From: Escherichia phage AugustSocin | Direction: 5' to 3' (one strand) | Sequence record: MZ501052 | DNA: 64,000 bases | In this document: piece after piece, positions 47,430 through 58,300 of the stretch | Layout of the letters: each line of letters starts with the position of its first letter | Numbering within the stretch: the stretch's first letter is position 1 | The notes under the pieces: generated by a model | Database searches by the model: none | What the model saw: the letters and a program-made list of their open reading frames with translations, nothing else | What the model was told of the DNA's origin: nothing | Made by a program: the position numbers and the translations under genes

Positions 47430-47746
47430 AAGTCCTCAACTTGAAAATCGTCTTTAAACAATCGGTTAACTATATGAGCTATTATATCACCATGACACGG
47501 CTTTGGTTTACATGTGCATCCTAGCCTCATTCCACGTAAAGGCTCTAAATGTGCTTTAGTTATTTCTCCGGATTTAATTCGACGTATAAAATCTTTTTTG
47601 AATAATTCAATGGCAGCCTCCCGGCTGCCAGCATCTTTACCGACGTAATTTCCCCAAAATGTACCACGGTGAATATTAACATCAAAGTCGGATTTATATT
47701 TATTCACTACCCGGCATAGACGGCCCGCGCGGTTGTAAGTGTTCAT
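47420..47746 (-). CDS. hypothetical protein (nrdA.1 position)
   Basis: 108-aa ORF. Confidence 0.55.
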   Translation of the reverse strand: MNTYNRAGRLCRVVNKYKSDFDVNIHRGTFWGNYVGKDAGSREAAIELFKKDFIRRIKSGEITKAHLEPLRGMRLGCTCKPKPCHGDIIAHIVNRLFKDDFQVEDLCN

Positions 47747-47975
47747 ATTGTTCTTCCGTTAAAACAGTAATATCGTAGTAACAGTCAGAAGAAGTTTTAA
47801 CTGTGGAAATTTTATTATCAAAATACTCACGAGTCATTTTATGAGTATAATATTTTTTGCCATAAATGATAATAGGCTGATTTGGTCCTGGAACTTCTAA
47901 CTCACTTGGATTAGGAAGTGTAAAAAGAACTACACCAGAAGTATCTTTAAATCGTAAAATCATATATCCTCGCAA
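47700..47975 (-). CDS. hypothetical protein (nrdA.2 position)
   Basis: 91-aa ORF; overlaps the next ORF by 47 nt, so its true start may be internal. Confidence 0.5.
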   Translation of the reverse strand: MRGYMILRFKDTSGVVLFTLPNPSELEVPGPNQPIIIYGKKYYTHKMTREYFDNKISTVKTSSDCYYDITVLTEEQYEHLQPRGPSMPGSE

Positions 47976-47983
47976 TAATAAAA

Positions 47984-48844
47984 TTACACCGCCATCTTTC
48001 CTTTAATAGGAGGATGTGATTCATAGTTGTTAAGAACAAAATTATGAGGCTTTGCAAATTGACTCAACCAAAATACCTGCGATTCTGTGTCCCATTCATC
48101 AAATTCATCTGGAAATTTTAATTGTAATTCGCATAAATCCATAGGTTCACGACATAAAATTTCTTTACATTGTTCTACGTGATTCATATAGATATGAGTA
48201 TTACCACCAGAAAATATCAAATCTCCCGGAATAAGATTACACATCTTAGCTACAATATGAACTAACGTAGCATATGATGCAATATTAAATGGAAGACCGA
48301 GGAAAACATCTACCGAACGTTGATACCACTGAAGGTCAAGGTATCCATTACGCACATTAAACTGATAGAACATATGACAAGGCGGTAATGCCATATATTT
48401 AAGTTCAGCTGGATTCCACGCAGAAACAATTTGACGCCTATCATTTGGCAGTTTTTTAATACGATCAACAACTTCTATAATTTGGTCTACACCGCCAAAA
48501 TCACGCCACTGTTTTCCATAAATTGGACCAAGTTCACCGCTATGGTATCCTAAATCTTTTGCTTGATTTTCGTAATTTTCATCCCAGACTGTTTTGCCTT
48601 GAATTAATGAATCATGTTGAATTAATCGTAAATCATTGACATTTGTGCTTCCTGATAAAAACCAAAGCAGCTCAGCAATGCAAGCTTTCCAGGCGAGCTT
48701 CTTAGTTGTTACCGCAGGAAAACCTTTAGTTAAATCCCAGCGCAATTTAGTACCGAACAAAGCAATTGTTCCTGTGCCTGTTCGGTCATCGGTTTCATAG
48801 CCATTTTCAAAAATGTCTTTAATTAAATCTTGGTATTGTTTCAT
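47984..48844 (-). CDS. td: thymidylate synthase
   Basis: 286 aa, continuous reading frame, no intron. Confidence 0.95.
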   Translation of the reverse strand: MKQYQDLIKDIFENGYETDDRTGTGTIALFGTKLRWDLTKGFPAVTTKKLAWKACIAELLWFLSGSTNVNDLRLIQHDSLIQGKTVWDENYENQAKDLGYHSGELGPIYGKQWRDFGGVDQIIEVVDRIKKLPNDRRQIVSAWNPAELKYMALPPCHMFYQFNVRNGYLDLQWYQRSVDVFLGLPFNIASYATLVHIVAKMCNLIPGDLIFSGGNTHIYMNHVEQCKEILCREPMDLCELQLKFPDEFDEWDTESQVFWLSQFAKPHNFVLNNYESHPPIKGKMAV

Positions 48845-48889
48845 TTAGTACCTTATATAAATTATAATACATTTTATGAAGCTAAATAA

Positions 48890-49249
48890 TCAATACGGTT
48901 TAGCATCAAATTTTCTCTCAATTTCAGGTGTGAAATATAATTCTTTGCCACGTTTGGAAAAGCGACCAATAATATGATAATTATTCTCATCAAACGTGAT
49001 ATTACCAATATCCATAGCTTTCAACCAAATATCGATATTTCTATCCAGCTTTATGTCAAAATTCCAATACGGAGAACTATTACCGAAAATACTGCAAGCG
49101 GATTCAGTGAAACAACTACTATAAATCTTGTCTTTAGGAACTACTAATTGATAGACGCCTTTAATAAACTGAGGACCTTGCCATTTTGGCTGTTTCGCGT
49201 CTTTTTCTAATAGAATAGGGTAATAATTAAAATTCATATTTTCCGCCAC
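48890..49249 (-). CDS. hypothetical protein between frd and td
   Basis: 119-aa ORF, 8 nt after the frd stop and 45 nt before the td start. Confidence 0.6.
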   Translation of the reverse strand: MAENMNFNYYPILLEKDAKQPKWQGPQFIKGVYQLVVPKDKIYSSCFTESACSIFGNSSPYWNFDIKLDRNIDIWLKAMDIGNITFDENNYHIIGRFSKRGKELYFTPEIERKFDAKPY

Positions 49250-49257
49250 GCGTTATT

Positions 49258-50084
<827 letters not shown>

Positions 50085-50095
50085 ATTATCTCCTA

Positions 50096-50428
50096 TTAAA
50101 AAGGATCAGGAACATATCCGCTAGCTTTAATCATTTTAATTAACGTTAACATTCCTTTGTTAACTGCTCGTGAGATTTCATCAAAAACTTCATCACTAAA
50201 AAGTTCTAACACGCCCTTCTGAACTTTTAATTTACAGCCAACAATTTCTTCATCGCCTATAGTAAATTCATTACCACCAATTCCACCGAAAAACTTAATT
50301 ACACCAGTTAACTGTCTTCCACGAGAATATGGGTCGTGTGATAAAGTAATATGAGTCACCCCGGGTACAGTTTTAAATTGGCAGCGAATATTTACTTGTG
50401 AAATTCCAGTTACATGAATGTCAGACAT
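50096..50428 (-). CDS. hypothetical protein
   Basis: 110-aa ORF. Confidence 0.55.
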   Translation of the reverse strand: MSDIHVTGISQVNIRCQFKTVPGVTHITLSHDPYSRGRQLTGVIKFFGGIGGNEFTIGDEEIVGCKLKVQKGVLELFSDEVFDEISRAVNKGMLTLIKMIKASGYVPDPF

Positions 50429-50438
50429 AATATTTTCC

Positions 50439-50681
50439 TCAAATAGACTTTTTCACAATTTTCCAATCAGCTTTAAACTGATCGACGTCAGAATGATAAA
50501 TCCAGAATCCTGCGCTTTCTCCATCTTCATAAAGAGGACATCCATCGCATTCATCTTCCCATCCCATATCACGTAAAAGATGTTCAGCTTTTTCAACAAG
50601 TTCAGAATCTTTACCGATGATATTAAAATACCATTTACCTTTAACTTCTGAATCTTTGATGCTCTGGCGTTGTAATCTCAT
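50439..50681 (-). CDS. hypothetical protein
   Basis: 80-aa ORF with early-type promoter and AAGGAG ribosome-binding site. Confidence 0.5.
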   Translation of the reverse strand: MRLQRQSIKDSEVKGKWYFNIIGKDSELVEKAEHLLRDMGWEDECDGCPLYEDGESAGFWIYHSDVDQFKADWKIVKKSI

Positions 50682-50706
50682 TTTATTCTCCTTAGTTGAT
50701 AGGGTA

Positions 50707-50735
50707 ATAGTATCACACTACTACCCTTCTGTAAA
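50707..50735 (-). promoter_or_regulatory. early-type promoter for the ORF at 50439-50681
   Basis: minus strand GTTTACA, 17 nt, TACTAT, then AAGGAG and ATG. Confidence 0.45.
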
Positions 50736-51116
50736 CTACTTTTTGAAAGTTTTTCGCAAAAGTTCAATGATTTCATCTACATTGTTTTCGTCAACAATGC
50801 AGTGAATTTTTGTTACGCCAGAAACCTTGTCTTTGACTTCATCTTCTTCAGAAGTCGGTTCTTTATACTCACGAAAACAATGAAATTCATCTTCGCAAAT
50901 TTCTAAAAGTCTATCTTTGAGGTAAAAATGCTTTCCATTTGCGCATTCAATGTGTTTTACTGCTTTATATCCATTAGCGACGGAAACTTCTTTAACTTCA
51001 AACCATCCGCCATTATCTCGAATAGCTTTAACGATTGATGAATTAGAACGTGGGCTATAATTAATAAATGTATCAATAAGTCTTGGAACAAGTTCATACT
51101 TTTTACCGGTATACAT
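50736..51116 (-). CDS. hypothetical protein
   Basis: 126-aa ORF after a hairpin and GAGGAAA ribosome-binding site. Confidence 0.55.
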   Translation of the reverse strand: MYTGKKYELVPRLIDTFINYSPRSNSSIVKAIRDNGGWFEVKEVSVANGYKAVKHIECANGKHFYLKDRLLEICEDEFHCFREYKEPTSEEDEVKDKVSGVTKIHCIVDENNVDEIIELLRKTFKK

Positions 51117-51136
51117 TACGTTTCCTCATTTTGATA

Positions 51137-51152
51137 GGGGCTTGATAGCCCC
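51137..51152 (-). other. intercistronic hairpin
   Basis: GGGGC-TTGATA-GCCCC with TTGATA direct repeats on both sides. Confidence 0.4.
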
Positions 51153-51159
51153 TTGATAA

Positions 51160-51390
51160 TTATTGTTCAATCAATCCCATGTAAAATTCTGCGTCTTCAG
51201 AATCCATGCCATCACAATATTCATTAGCCATAAAGCGGGTAAGGTCTTCAAGAGGACCTTCAATGACAATAGAAAAATTGCAATAATTGGGATCATCATG
51301 AATACTTGTGATACTAAGTTCAGGATAACGATTACGAATAATCTCTTCAATATATTCAAAATCAACGATGTCAATATCAACTTTAGCCAT
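51160..51390 (-). CDS. hypothetical acidic protein (frd.3 position)
   Basis: 76 aa from MAKVDIDIV, preceded by AAGAGGAAAA; the track N-terminal extension would overlap the promoter. Confidence 0.5.
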   Translation of the reverse strand: MAKVDIDIVDFEYIEEIIRNRYPELSITSIHDDPNYCNFSIVIEGPLEDLTRFMANEYCDGMDSEDAEFYMGLIEQ

Positions 51391-51433
51391 ATCATTTTCC
51401 TCTTTAATCATCAGCAGTATTGCCGATAGTTGT

Positions 51434-51462
51434 ATAGTACCATAAAGCTTTATGCTTGTAAA
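51434..51462 (-). promoter_or_regulatory. early-type promoter downstream of the gene 32 terminator
   Basis: minus strand GTTTACA, 17 nt, TACTAT, before the AAGAGGAAAA ribosome-binding site of the 76-aa ORF. Confidence 0.45.
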
Positions 51463-51495
51463 CTGTTTTGTGAAAAAATTTTTGAAATAAAAAAA

Positions 51496-51514
51496 GGGGA
51501 CCTCTAGGGTCCCC
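51496..51514 (-). terminator. gene 32 transcription terminator
   Basis: GGGGACC-TCTAG-GGTCCCC followed by UUUUUUUAUUU on the minus strand, 22 nt after the gene 32 stop. Confidence 0.75.
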
Positions 51515-51536
51515 AATTAATTAGTAATATAATCTA

Positions 51537-52445
51537 TTAAAGGTCATTCAAAAGGTCATCCAGGTCCGTGTCATCAGCACTAGATGAACTGCCAGAGCTT
51601 GAGCTCATAAAATCATCTTCAGTTTTTGTATTGAAGTCATCAACATTGAATGCATCCAAATCATCAGCAACTTTATCAGCTTTCTTAGCAGCAGTTGCTG
51701 CGGCACCGCCCATTACAGCAGTTCCCATAACTTGACCGAATTTAGTATTCAGTTCTTCAAACGATTTGAATTTATCTTTAGAAGTCATTTCAGAAAGGTC
51801 AACCATTTGTTCGAACAGTTCTTTCTGGAAAGATTCATCGTCAATGTTTGGAATCGCAGATTGATTCAGGAATTTAGATTCGTCGTAGTTACTAAAACCA
51901 GAAACTTGTTTAACTTTCAGTACAAAGTTAGCACCTTCCCACGGACAAGTTACATCAACCGGGGTTTCACCCATTTCAACATCAACCGCAATCATCGCGT
52001 TGATTTTATCCCAGATTTTCTTACCGAAGCGGTATTTAAATACTTTACCTTCATTTTCTGGAGCAGCTGGGTCTTTTACTACAAGAATGTTAGCCCAGTA
52101 AGAAGTTTTACGTTTAACAAGACCATACTCTTTATTGTCAGTGTTATACAAATCATTTTTACTGATGTACTGACATACTGGACAAGAATCGTAATCACCG
52201 TAGGTAGATGAGCATGTTTCGATATACCATTTACCATTTTTCTTGAAACCGTGATTTACAAGAAGTGCGAATGGTGCTTGTTCATCATTTTTAGACGGAA
52301 GAAAACGAATTACTGCTTGACCGTTACCCGCATTATCGAGTTTCAGTTTCCACTCGCCTTTATCTTCAGAAGAAAAACCACCTTTATTTCCAGCCAGTTT
52401 AGCCATTTGTGCAGCGAGTTCAGCAGTAGATTTACGTTTAAACAT
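51537..52445 (-). CDS. 32: single-stranded DNA-binding protein gp32
   Basis: 302 aa; matches recalled T4 gp32 ([37 protein letters not shown]...), acidic S/D-rich C-terminus. Confidence 0.97.
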   Translation of the reverse strand: MFKRKSTAELAAQMAKLAGNKGGFSSEDKGEWKLKLDNAGNGQAVIRFLPSKNDEQAPFALLVNHGFKKNGKWYIETCSSTYGDYDSCPVCQYISKNDLYNTDNKEYGLVKRKTSYWANILVVKDPAAPENEGKVFKYRFGKKIWDKINAMIAVDVEMGETPVDVTCPWEGANFVLKVKQVSGFSNYDESKFLNQSAIPNIDDESFQKELFEQMVDLSEMTSKDKFKSFEELNTKFGQVMGTAVMGGAAATAAKKADKVADDLDAFNVDDFNTKTEDDFMSSSSGSSSSADDTDLDDLLNDL

Positions 52446-52515
52446 TTTTATTTCCTTTTTAATTTAATTAACAGTTGGTGCTATGACACTTTACCTCATA
52501 GCTGGCATAATTCAC
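52446..52515 (-). promoter_or_regulatory. gene 32 mRNA leader (autoregulatory operator: hairpin/pseudoknot region plus A/U-rich tract)
   Basis: minus strand reads GCUAUGAGGUAAAGUGUCAUAGCACCAACUGUUAAUUAAAUUAAAAAGGAAAUAAAAAUG, as I recall for the T4 gene 32 leader. Confidence 0.6.
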
Positions 52516-53130
52516 AATACTCTGGGTCTTCGAGAGGTATCCAACCTGAGTTGAAATACTTTACCATCGATTTAGCAGTTGTATCAGTTATATTTATATT
52601 ACCTTTAACTCTTCGCCATCCAGGAGTTTTACCGTACAGATTAGAGGATAATAATAACACATAATTCTCGTAAGCAATATGAGATAATTTCCAAGACTCT
52701 ATATTAGCTCGTGATGTTTTCCAAGGTCTAAAATCGTCACGGTTCATATAATTAGCCAATCTCATATGCTCTCTAACTTCCGGGTCTTTGGCTGGATGAG
52801 TTTCACCACTCACACCAAATCCGCCGCCAGCATATACCAGATTAAAATAGTCTGGATTATCTCTGGCATTTACTTCAAGTTGGTATTTTCGCTCTGCTTC
52901 AATAACATCCAAATCATCATCAATTTGAATTATTTTAACGCTCGGTTTTTGAAGCATTACCGCATTTAAAAATCTTTTTTGTTTGCACGAACTCCAGTAT
53001 TCCTTTCCGGAAGAGTCATATATTATTCCATTCTCAAATGAGCAATTTAATTTACTGCCGATATAGTATAGTACGGCGGAGTCTTATTTTTGACACGGTC
53101 TTCAAATGTAAACCAATATACTATATTCAT
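52496..53130 (-). pseudogene. frameshifted gene between 59 and 32, possibly a disrupted homing endonuclease (segG position)
   Basis: ATG at 53130 opens a 27-codon frame (MNIVYWFTFEDRVKNKTPPYY...) that stops at 53047; a second frame open from 53083 (..VLYYIGSKLNCSFENG..) continues to 52496; the frames switch at a tandem ACTAT-ACTAT (about 53062-53071). Confidence 0.55.
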
Positions 53131-53131
53131 A

Positions 53132-53785
53132 TTAATACTTGCAAGATTTCACAGTTTCAATGAAAACACTTTTAGCTTTCTGTGAATCAATATTTAAAAT
53201 TTTTCTATAAGCCTTTAACTTTATAGAATAATTATTCCAGACTAAATTATCAGTCTGTTCATCATGTTTATCAATTAAATTTAAAAACGAATCAAGCAAG
53301 ATAAACGTCTCAAACGAAATTATGTTCGATTGCAGAAGTTTAAAAATATAACTTGATTGAACTTTTGGATTATATTCAAAAATTTCTTTAAAAGCAGAAA
53401 CTTCAACTTTTTTACTAAAATAATAAATATTGCGAATATCTTCTTCAAACTTAAATTTAATTTGCTTTAAGCGTCCGATATATTCACGATAAAACACAAG
53501 TGCATCAGCGTCAGAGATGTCACCAATCCAAGCATCTTGGTTAGCAACCAAATTACTTATAAAGATTAAAGCAAGTTCCTTTAATTTATATTTTTCTGAT
53601 AACTTCTGAAAAAAATACTTATCCCTTCGCTTTTGATAAGCGGCATCAGACACCCGCATGCACCAATTATACTTAATAACATCATACTTTCCATTCATAT
53701 GCTGTTTTATCATTAAGTATAATTTATAAACTGATTTACCATCAATGTATCTTTCACCACCAGCAGGCATGCGGAGTTTAATCAT
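53132..53785 (-). CDS. 59: helicase loader gp59
   Basis: 217 aa; matches recalled T4 gp59 (MIKLRMPAGGERYIDGKSVYKLYLMIKQHMNGKYD...). Confidence 0.95.
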   Translation of the reverse strand: MIKLRMPAGGERYIDGKSVYKLYLMIKQHMNGKYDVIKYNWCMRVSDAAYQKRRDKYFFQKLSEKYKLKELALIFISNLVANQDAWIGDISDADALVFYREYIGRLKQIKFKFEEDIRNIYYFSKKVEVSAFKEIFEYNPKVQSSYIFKLLQSNIISFETFILLDSFLNLIDKHDEQTDNLVWNNYSIKLKAYRKILNIDSQKAKSVFIETVKSCKY

Positions 53786-54120
53786 AGTAGAAAATCTAAT
53801 GTATTAGTTTTTTCACAACGAACAACAGAAGGACGTAAAAGATTTTCGTCAATGGCTTCTGACTGAATTTTTTCAATTATACCTGAAGGAATAAATTTAG
53901 CAAATTGAGTTTCAGGAATAGAGTTTTCTTCCAAGAATGCTGTCGTAGCTTCAAGATAACTCATTCCAAACTCTTCTACCATTTTTTCAATAATAAATCC
54001 ATTTTCTTGACGATCAAGAAGCTTTGCTATTTCATCCTTTTCTTTCTTAATTGAAAGTTCTTTTTCTGAAAGACCGGTCTCATCGACCGGACGAATATCA
54101 TTTAGAGAAAACTGTGTCAT
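53782..54120 (-). CDS. 33: late transcription co-activator gp33
   Basis: 112 aa from MTQFSLNDIRP, matches recalled T4 gp33. Confidence 0.9.
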   Translation of the reverse strand: MTQFSLNDIRPVDETGLSEKELSIKKEKDEIAKLLDRQENGFIIEKMVEEFGMSYLEATTAFLEENSIPETQFAKFIPSGIIEKIQSEAIDENLLRPSVVRCEKTNTLDFLL

Positions 54121-54367
54121 AAAGTTCAACTACCTCTTCAGTTTCAGCTTCAAACACATCACGATTATCTTTATGATACAAAGCTAACAGACGATTAAAC
54201 ATCTTACCATCAACGCCAAGTTCATCTTTAGCACGAATTCGAATATCTTTAATCAATTCATTATAACCGGAAATTTTCAGTTTATGATCAGATGCTTCTT
54301 TAATAAATTTAGCCAAGTCTTCGCCATGGATAGCTTCATCAAATTCAACCATTTCTTTTTTAGCCAT
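54098..54367 (-). CDS. dsbA: double-stranded DNA-binding protein
   Basis: 89 aa, T4 DsbA length and position. Confidence 0.85.
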   Translation of the reverse strand: MAKKEMVEFDEAIHGEDLAKFIKEASDHKLKISGYNELIKDIRIRAKDELGVDGKMFNRLLALYHKDNRDVFEAETEEVVELYDTVFSK

Positions 54368-54375
54368 TATTCACC

Positions 54376-55293
54376 TCAAAATTCATTAATGCTATTAGTT
54401 AATTTAGAAAGACCCGCTTTTACAAAATATGAATAAATTTTGCCACGCGGTGGTAATTTATATGAATTATAGTAATTCACAATGTTTGAAGCAATATTAT
54501 CAGGAATATAATCAAAATCAATTAGAACTAAATTTTCTTTATAACGATTATATTCAGATTCTGTGAGAAGCACCTTAGCTTGCTCACGGTCATTAGCAAT
54601 AGCTTCAACGATTGAAGTTTTCATTGAAGGAGTTCGTTCACCTTCAACTTTGGTAAACCAAAAGTCAGATCGTACTTTAACTGAAGCAACGTTATCCTTT
54701 TTATCGCCTTTAAGGATTTTAGTCATACAGTCAATTTCAGCAGAACCGCTTTTAATTTTAACCCATTTCTTATGCATCGGTGACCATTGCTTAACATTTG
54801 GGTATTTGTGAAGCTGTGTAAAGTCACCATCCGACGAAATGATTAAAATTTTATGTCCTTCTAAAGAGAACTTTTTAACAAGAACAGCAATGTGGTCATC
54901 TGCTTCATACTTATCGATATCCATAACAATGTATGGCATATAAGCTTTCAATTCATCTATAACTTTATGACTGGATTCAAAATAACCTTCCCAGTCCCAA
55001 GTAGATTCTTCTCGTGCTTTTCCACGGTTTTTCTTATAATAATACGCGAAATCACGACGCCAATATCCAGATTTCGCATTATCAATACACAGTACAATTT
55101 TAGTGTATCCAAGAGTTTTTGCTTTTTTGACATTAAACTTAATTGAGTTCAATATCAAATGACGAACCATTGATAAATTAATTTTTTCTTTATCTGGAAA
55201 GTTTACCAAAGCAGTTGAAAGCGCAATTTGACTAAAGTCAATAAAGCAAATTCCTTCTTTGTAATCTTCATCCAGCATCATTTCTAAATCCAT
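54376..55293 (-). CDS. rnh: RNase H (5'-3' exonuclease / flap endonuclease)
   Basis: 305 aa from MDLEMMLDED, matches recalled T4 RNase H. Confidence 0.95.
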   Translation of the reverse strand: MDLEMMLDEDYKEGICFIDFSQIALSTALVNFPDKEKINLSMVRHLILNSIKFNVKKAKTLGYTKIVLCIDNAKSGYWRRDFAYYYKKNRGKAREESTWDWEGYFESSHKVIDELKAYMPYIVMDIDKYEADDHIAVLVKKFSLEGHKILIISSDGDFTQLHKYPNVKQWSPMHKKWVKIKSGSAEIDCMTKILKGDKKDNVASVKVRSDFWFTKVEGERTPSMKTSIVEAIANDREQAKVLLTESEYNRYKENLVLIDFDYIPDNIASNIVNYYNSYKLPPRGKIYSYFVKAGLSKLTNSINEF

Positions 55294-55355
55294 ATGAACC
55301 TCGTTCAATTAGTGAGATTTCTATTATATACCATCCAAATCTTAAAGTAAACAAG

Positions 55356-55363
55356 TATAAATA
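55356..55363 (+). promoter_or_regulatory. late promoter (TATAAATA) for gene 34
   Basis: exact TATAAATA 34 nt before the gene 34 ATG. Confidence 0.6.
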
Positions 55364-55397
55364 CTTATTATTGAAAACACAATAGGAGCCCGGGAGA

Positions 55398-58300
55398 ATG
55401 GCCGAGATTAAAAGAAAGTTCAGAGCAGAAGATGGTCTGGACGCAGGTGGTGATAAAATAATCAACGTAGCTTTAGCTGATCGTACCGTAGGAACTGACG
55501 GTGTAAACGTTGATTACTTAATTCAAGAAAACACAGTTCAACAATATGATCCAACTCGTGGATATTTAAAAGATTTTGTAATCATTTATGATAACCGCTT
55601 TTGGGCTGCTATAAATGATATTCCAAAACCAGCAGGAGCTTTTAATAGCGTACGATGGAGAGCGTTACGTACTGATGCAAACTGGACAACTGTTTCGTCA
55701 GGACCTTATCAATTAAAATCAGGCGAATCGATTTCAGTTAACACCGCAGCGGGTAATGACATTACATTTACTTTGCCATCTTCTCCAATTGATGGTGATA
55801 CTATCGTTCTCCAAGATATTGGAGGAAAACCTGGAGTTAACCAGGTTTTAATTACAGCTCCGGTACAAAGCATTGTAAACTTTAGAGGTCAACAAGTACG
55901 CTCAGTACTAATGACTCATCCAAAATCACAGATAGTTTTAATTTTTAGTAATCGTCTGTGGCAAATGTATGTTGCTGATTATAGCAGAGAAGCGGCAGTT
56001 GTAACGCCAGCGAGTCTTTATCAAGCGCAATCAAACGATTTTATCGTGCGTAGATTTACTTCTGCTTCAGCAATTAATATTAAACTTCCAAGATTTGCTA
56101 ATCATGGCGATATTATTAATTTCGTTGATTTAGATAAACTGAATCCACTTTATCATACAATTGTTACTACATACGATGAAACGACTTCAGTACAAGAAGT
56201 TGGAACTCATTCCATTGAAGGCCGTACATCTATTGATGGTTTCTTAATGTTTGATGATAATGAGAAATTGTGGAGATTATTTGACGGGGATAGTAAAGCA
56301 CGTTTACGCATTATAACAACTAATTCAAACATCCGTCCAAATGAAGAAGTCATGGTATTTGGCGCGAATAATGGAACAACTCAAACGATTGAACTTCAGC
56401 TTCCAACTGATATTTCTATCGGTGATAATGTTAAGATTTCCATGAATTACATGAGAAAAGGACAAACAGTTAAAATCAAAGCTGCCGGTGAAGATAAAAT
56501 TGCTTCTTCAGTTCAATTGTTGCAATTTCCAAAACGTTCAGAATACCCACCTGAAACTAAATGGGTGACTGTTCAAGAATTAGTTTTTAATGGCGAAACC
56601 AATTATGTTCCAGTTTTACAGCTTGCTTATATCGAAGATTCCGATGGAAAATATTGGGTTGTACAGCAAAACGTTCCAACTGTAGAAAGAGTAGACTCTT
56701 TAAATAATTCTACTAGAGCAAGATTAGGTGTAATTGCATTAGCTACACAGGCTCAAGCTAATGCAGATTTAGAAAATTCTCCACAAAAAGAATTGGCAAT
56801 TACTCCAGAAACGTTAGCTAATCGTACTGCTACAGAAACTCGTAGAGGTATTGCAAGAATAGCAACAACTGCTCAAGTTAACCAGGATACTACATTCTCT
56901 TTTGCAGATGACCTTATCATCACTCCTAAAAAGCTGAATGAAAGAACTGCTACTGAAACTCGCAGAGGTGTTGCTGAAATTGCTACGCAGCAAGAAACTA
57001 ATGCAGGAACCGATGACACTACAATCATCACTCCTAAAAAGCTTCAAGCTCGTCAAGGTTCTGAATCATTATCTGGTATTGTAACTTTTGTATCTACTGC
57101 AGGTGCTACTCCAGCTTCTAGCCGCGAATTAAATGGTACGAATGTTTATAATAAAAACACTAATAACTTAGTTGTTTCACCTAAAGCCTTGGATCAGTAT
57201 AAAGCTACTCCAACACAGCAAGGTGCAGTAATTTTAGCAGTTGAAAGTGAAGTAATTGCTGGTCAAAGTCAAGAAGGATGGGCAAATGCGGTTGTAACGC
57301 CAGAAACGTTACATAAAAAGACATCAACTGATGGAAGAATTGGTTTAATTGAAATTGCTACGCAAAGTGAAGTTAATACAGGAACTGATTATACTCGTGC
57401 AGTCACTCCTAAAACTTTAAATGACCGTAGAGCAACTGAAAGTTTAAGTGGTATAGCTGAAATTGCTACACAAGTTGAATTCGACGCAGGCGTCGACGAT
57501 ACTCGTATCTCTACACCATTAAAAATTAAAACCAGATTTAATAGTACTGATCGTACTTCTGTTGTTGCTCTATCTGGATTAGTTGAATCAGGAACTCTCT
57601 GGGACCATTATACCCTTAATATTCTTGAAGCAAATGAGACACAACGTGGTACACTTCGTGTAGCTACACAGGTCGAAGCTGCTGCAGGAACATTAGATAA
57701 TGTTTTAATAACTCCTAAAAAGCTTTTAGGTACTAAATCTACTGAAGCGCAAGAAGGTGTTATTAAAGTTGCAACTCAGTCTGAAACTGTGGCTGGAACG
57801 TCAGCGAACACTGCTGTATCTCCAAAAAATTTAAAATGGATTGTACAGAGTGAACCTACCTGGGCAGCTACTACTGCGATAAGAGGTTTTGTTAAAACTT
57901 CATCTGGTTCAATTACATTTGTCGGTAATGATACAGTCGGTTCTACCCAAGATTTAGAACTGTATGAGAAAAATAGCTATGCAGTATCACCATATGAATT
58001 AAACCGTGTATTAGCAAATTATTTACCGTTAAAAGCAAAAGCTGCTGATAGTAATTTATTGGATGGTCTAGATTCATCTCAGTTCATTCGTAGGGATATT
58101 GCACAGACGGTTAATGGTTCACTAACCTTAACCCAACAAACGAATCTGAGTGCCCCTCTTGTATCATCTAGTACTGCTACGTTTGGTGGTTCAGTTACAG
58201 CAAATAGTGTACTAACGATTTCTAATACTGGAACAGCAACTCGATTGATTTTTGAGAAAGGACCTCAAACTGGAACAAACCCAGCCCAAACGATGACTGT

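Noticed and set aside
47984-48844. Possible group I intron or intein in td (and in nrdB, nrdA)
   Set aside because: All three genes are continuous frames of the lengths I recall for the mature T4 proteins, with no internal endonuclease ORF.
51171-51395. 74-aa hydrophobic minus-strand ORF
   Set aside because: Alternative frame of the 76-aa ORF at 51160-51390; apparent hydrophobicity comes from AT-rich codons, and it has no separate ribosome-binding site.
56814-57056. 80-aa minus-strand ORF inside gene 34
   Set aside because: Antisense to the tail fibre gene; S/C-rich artefact.
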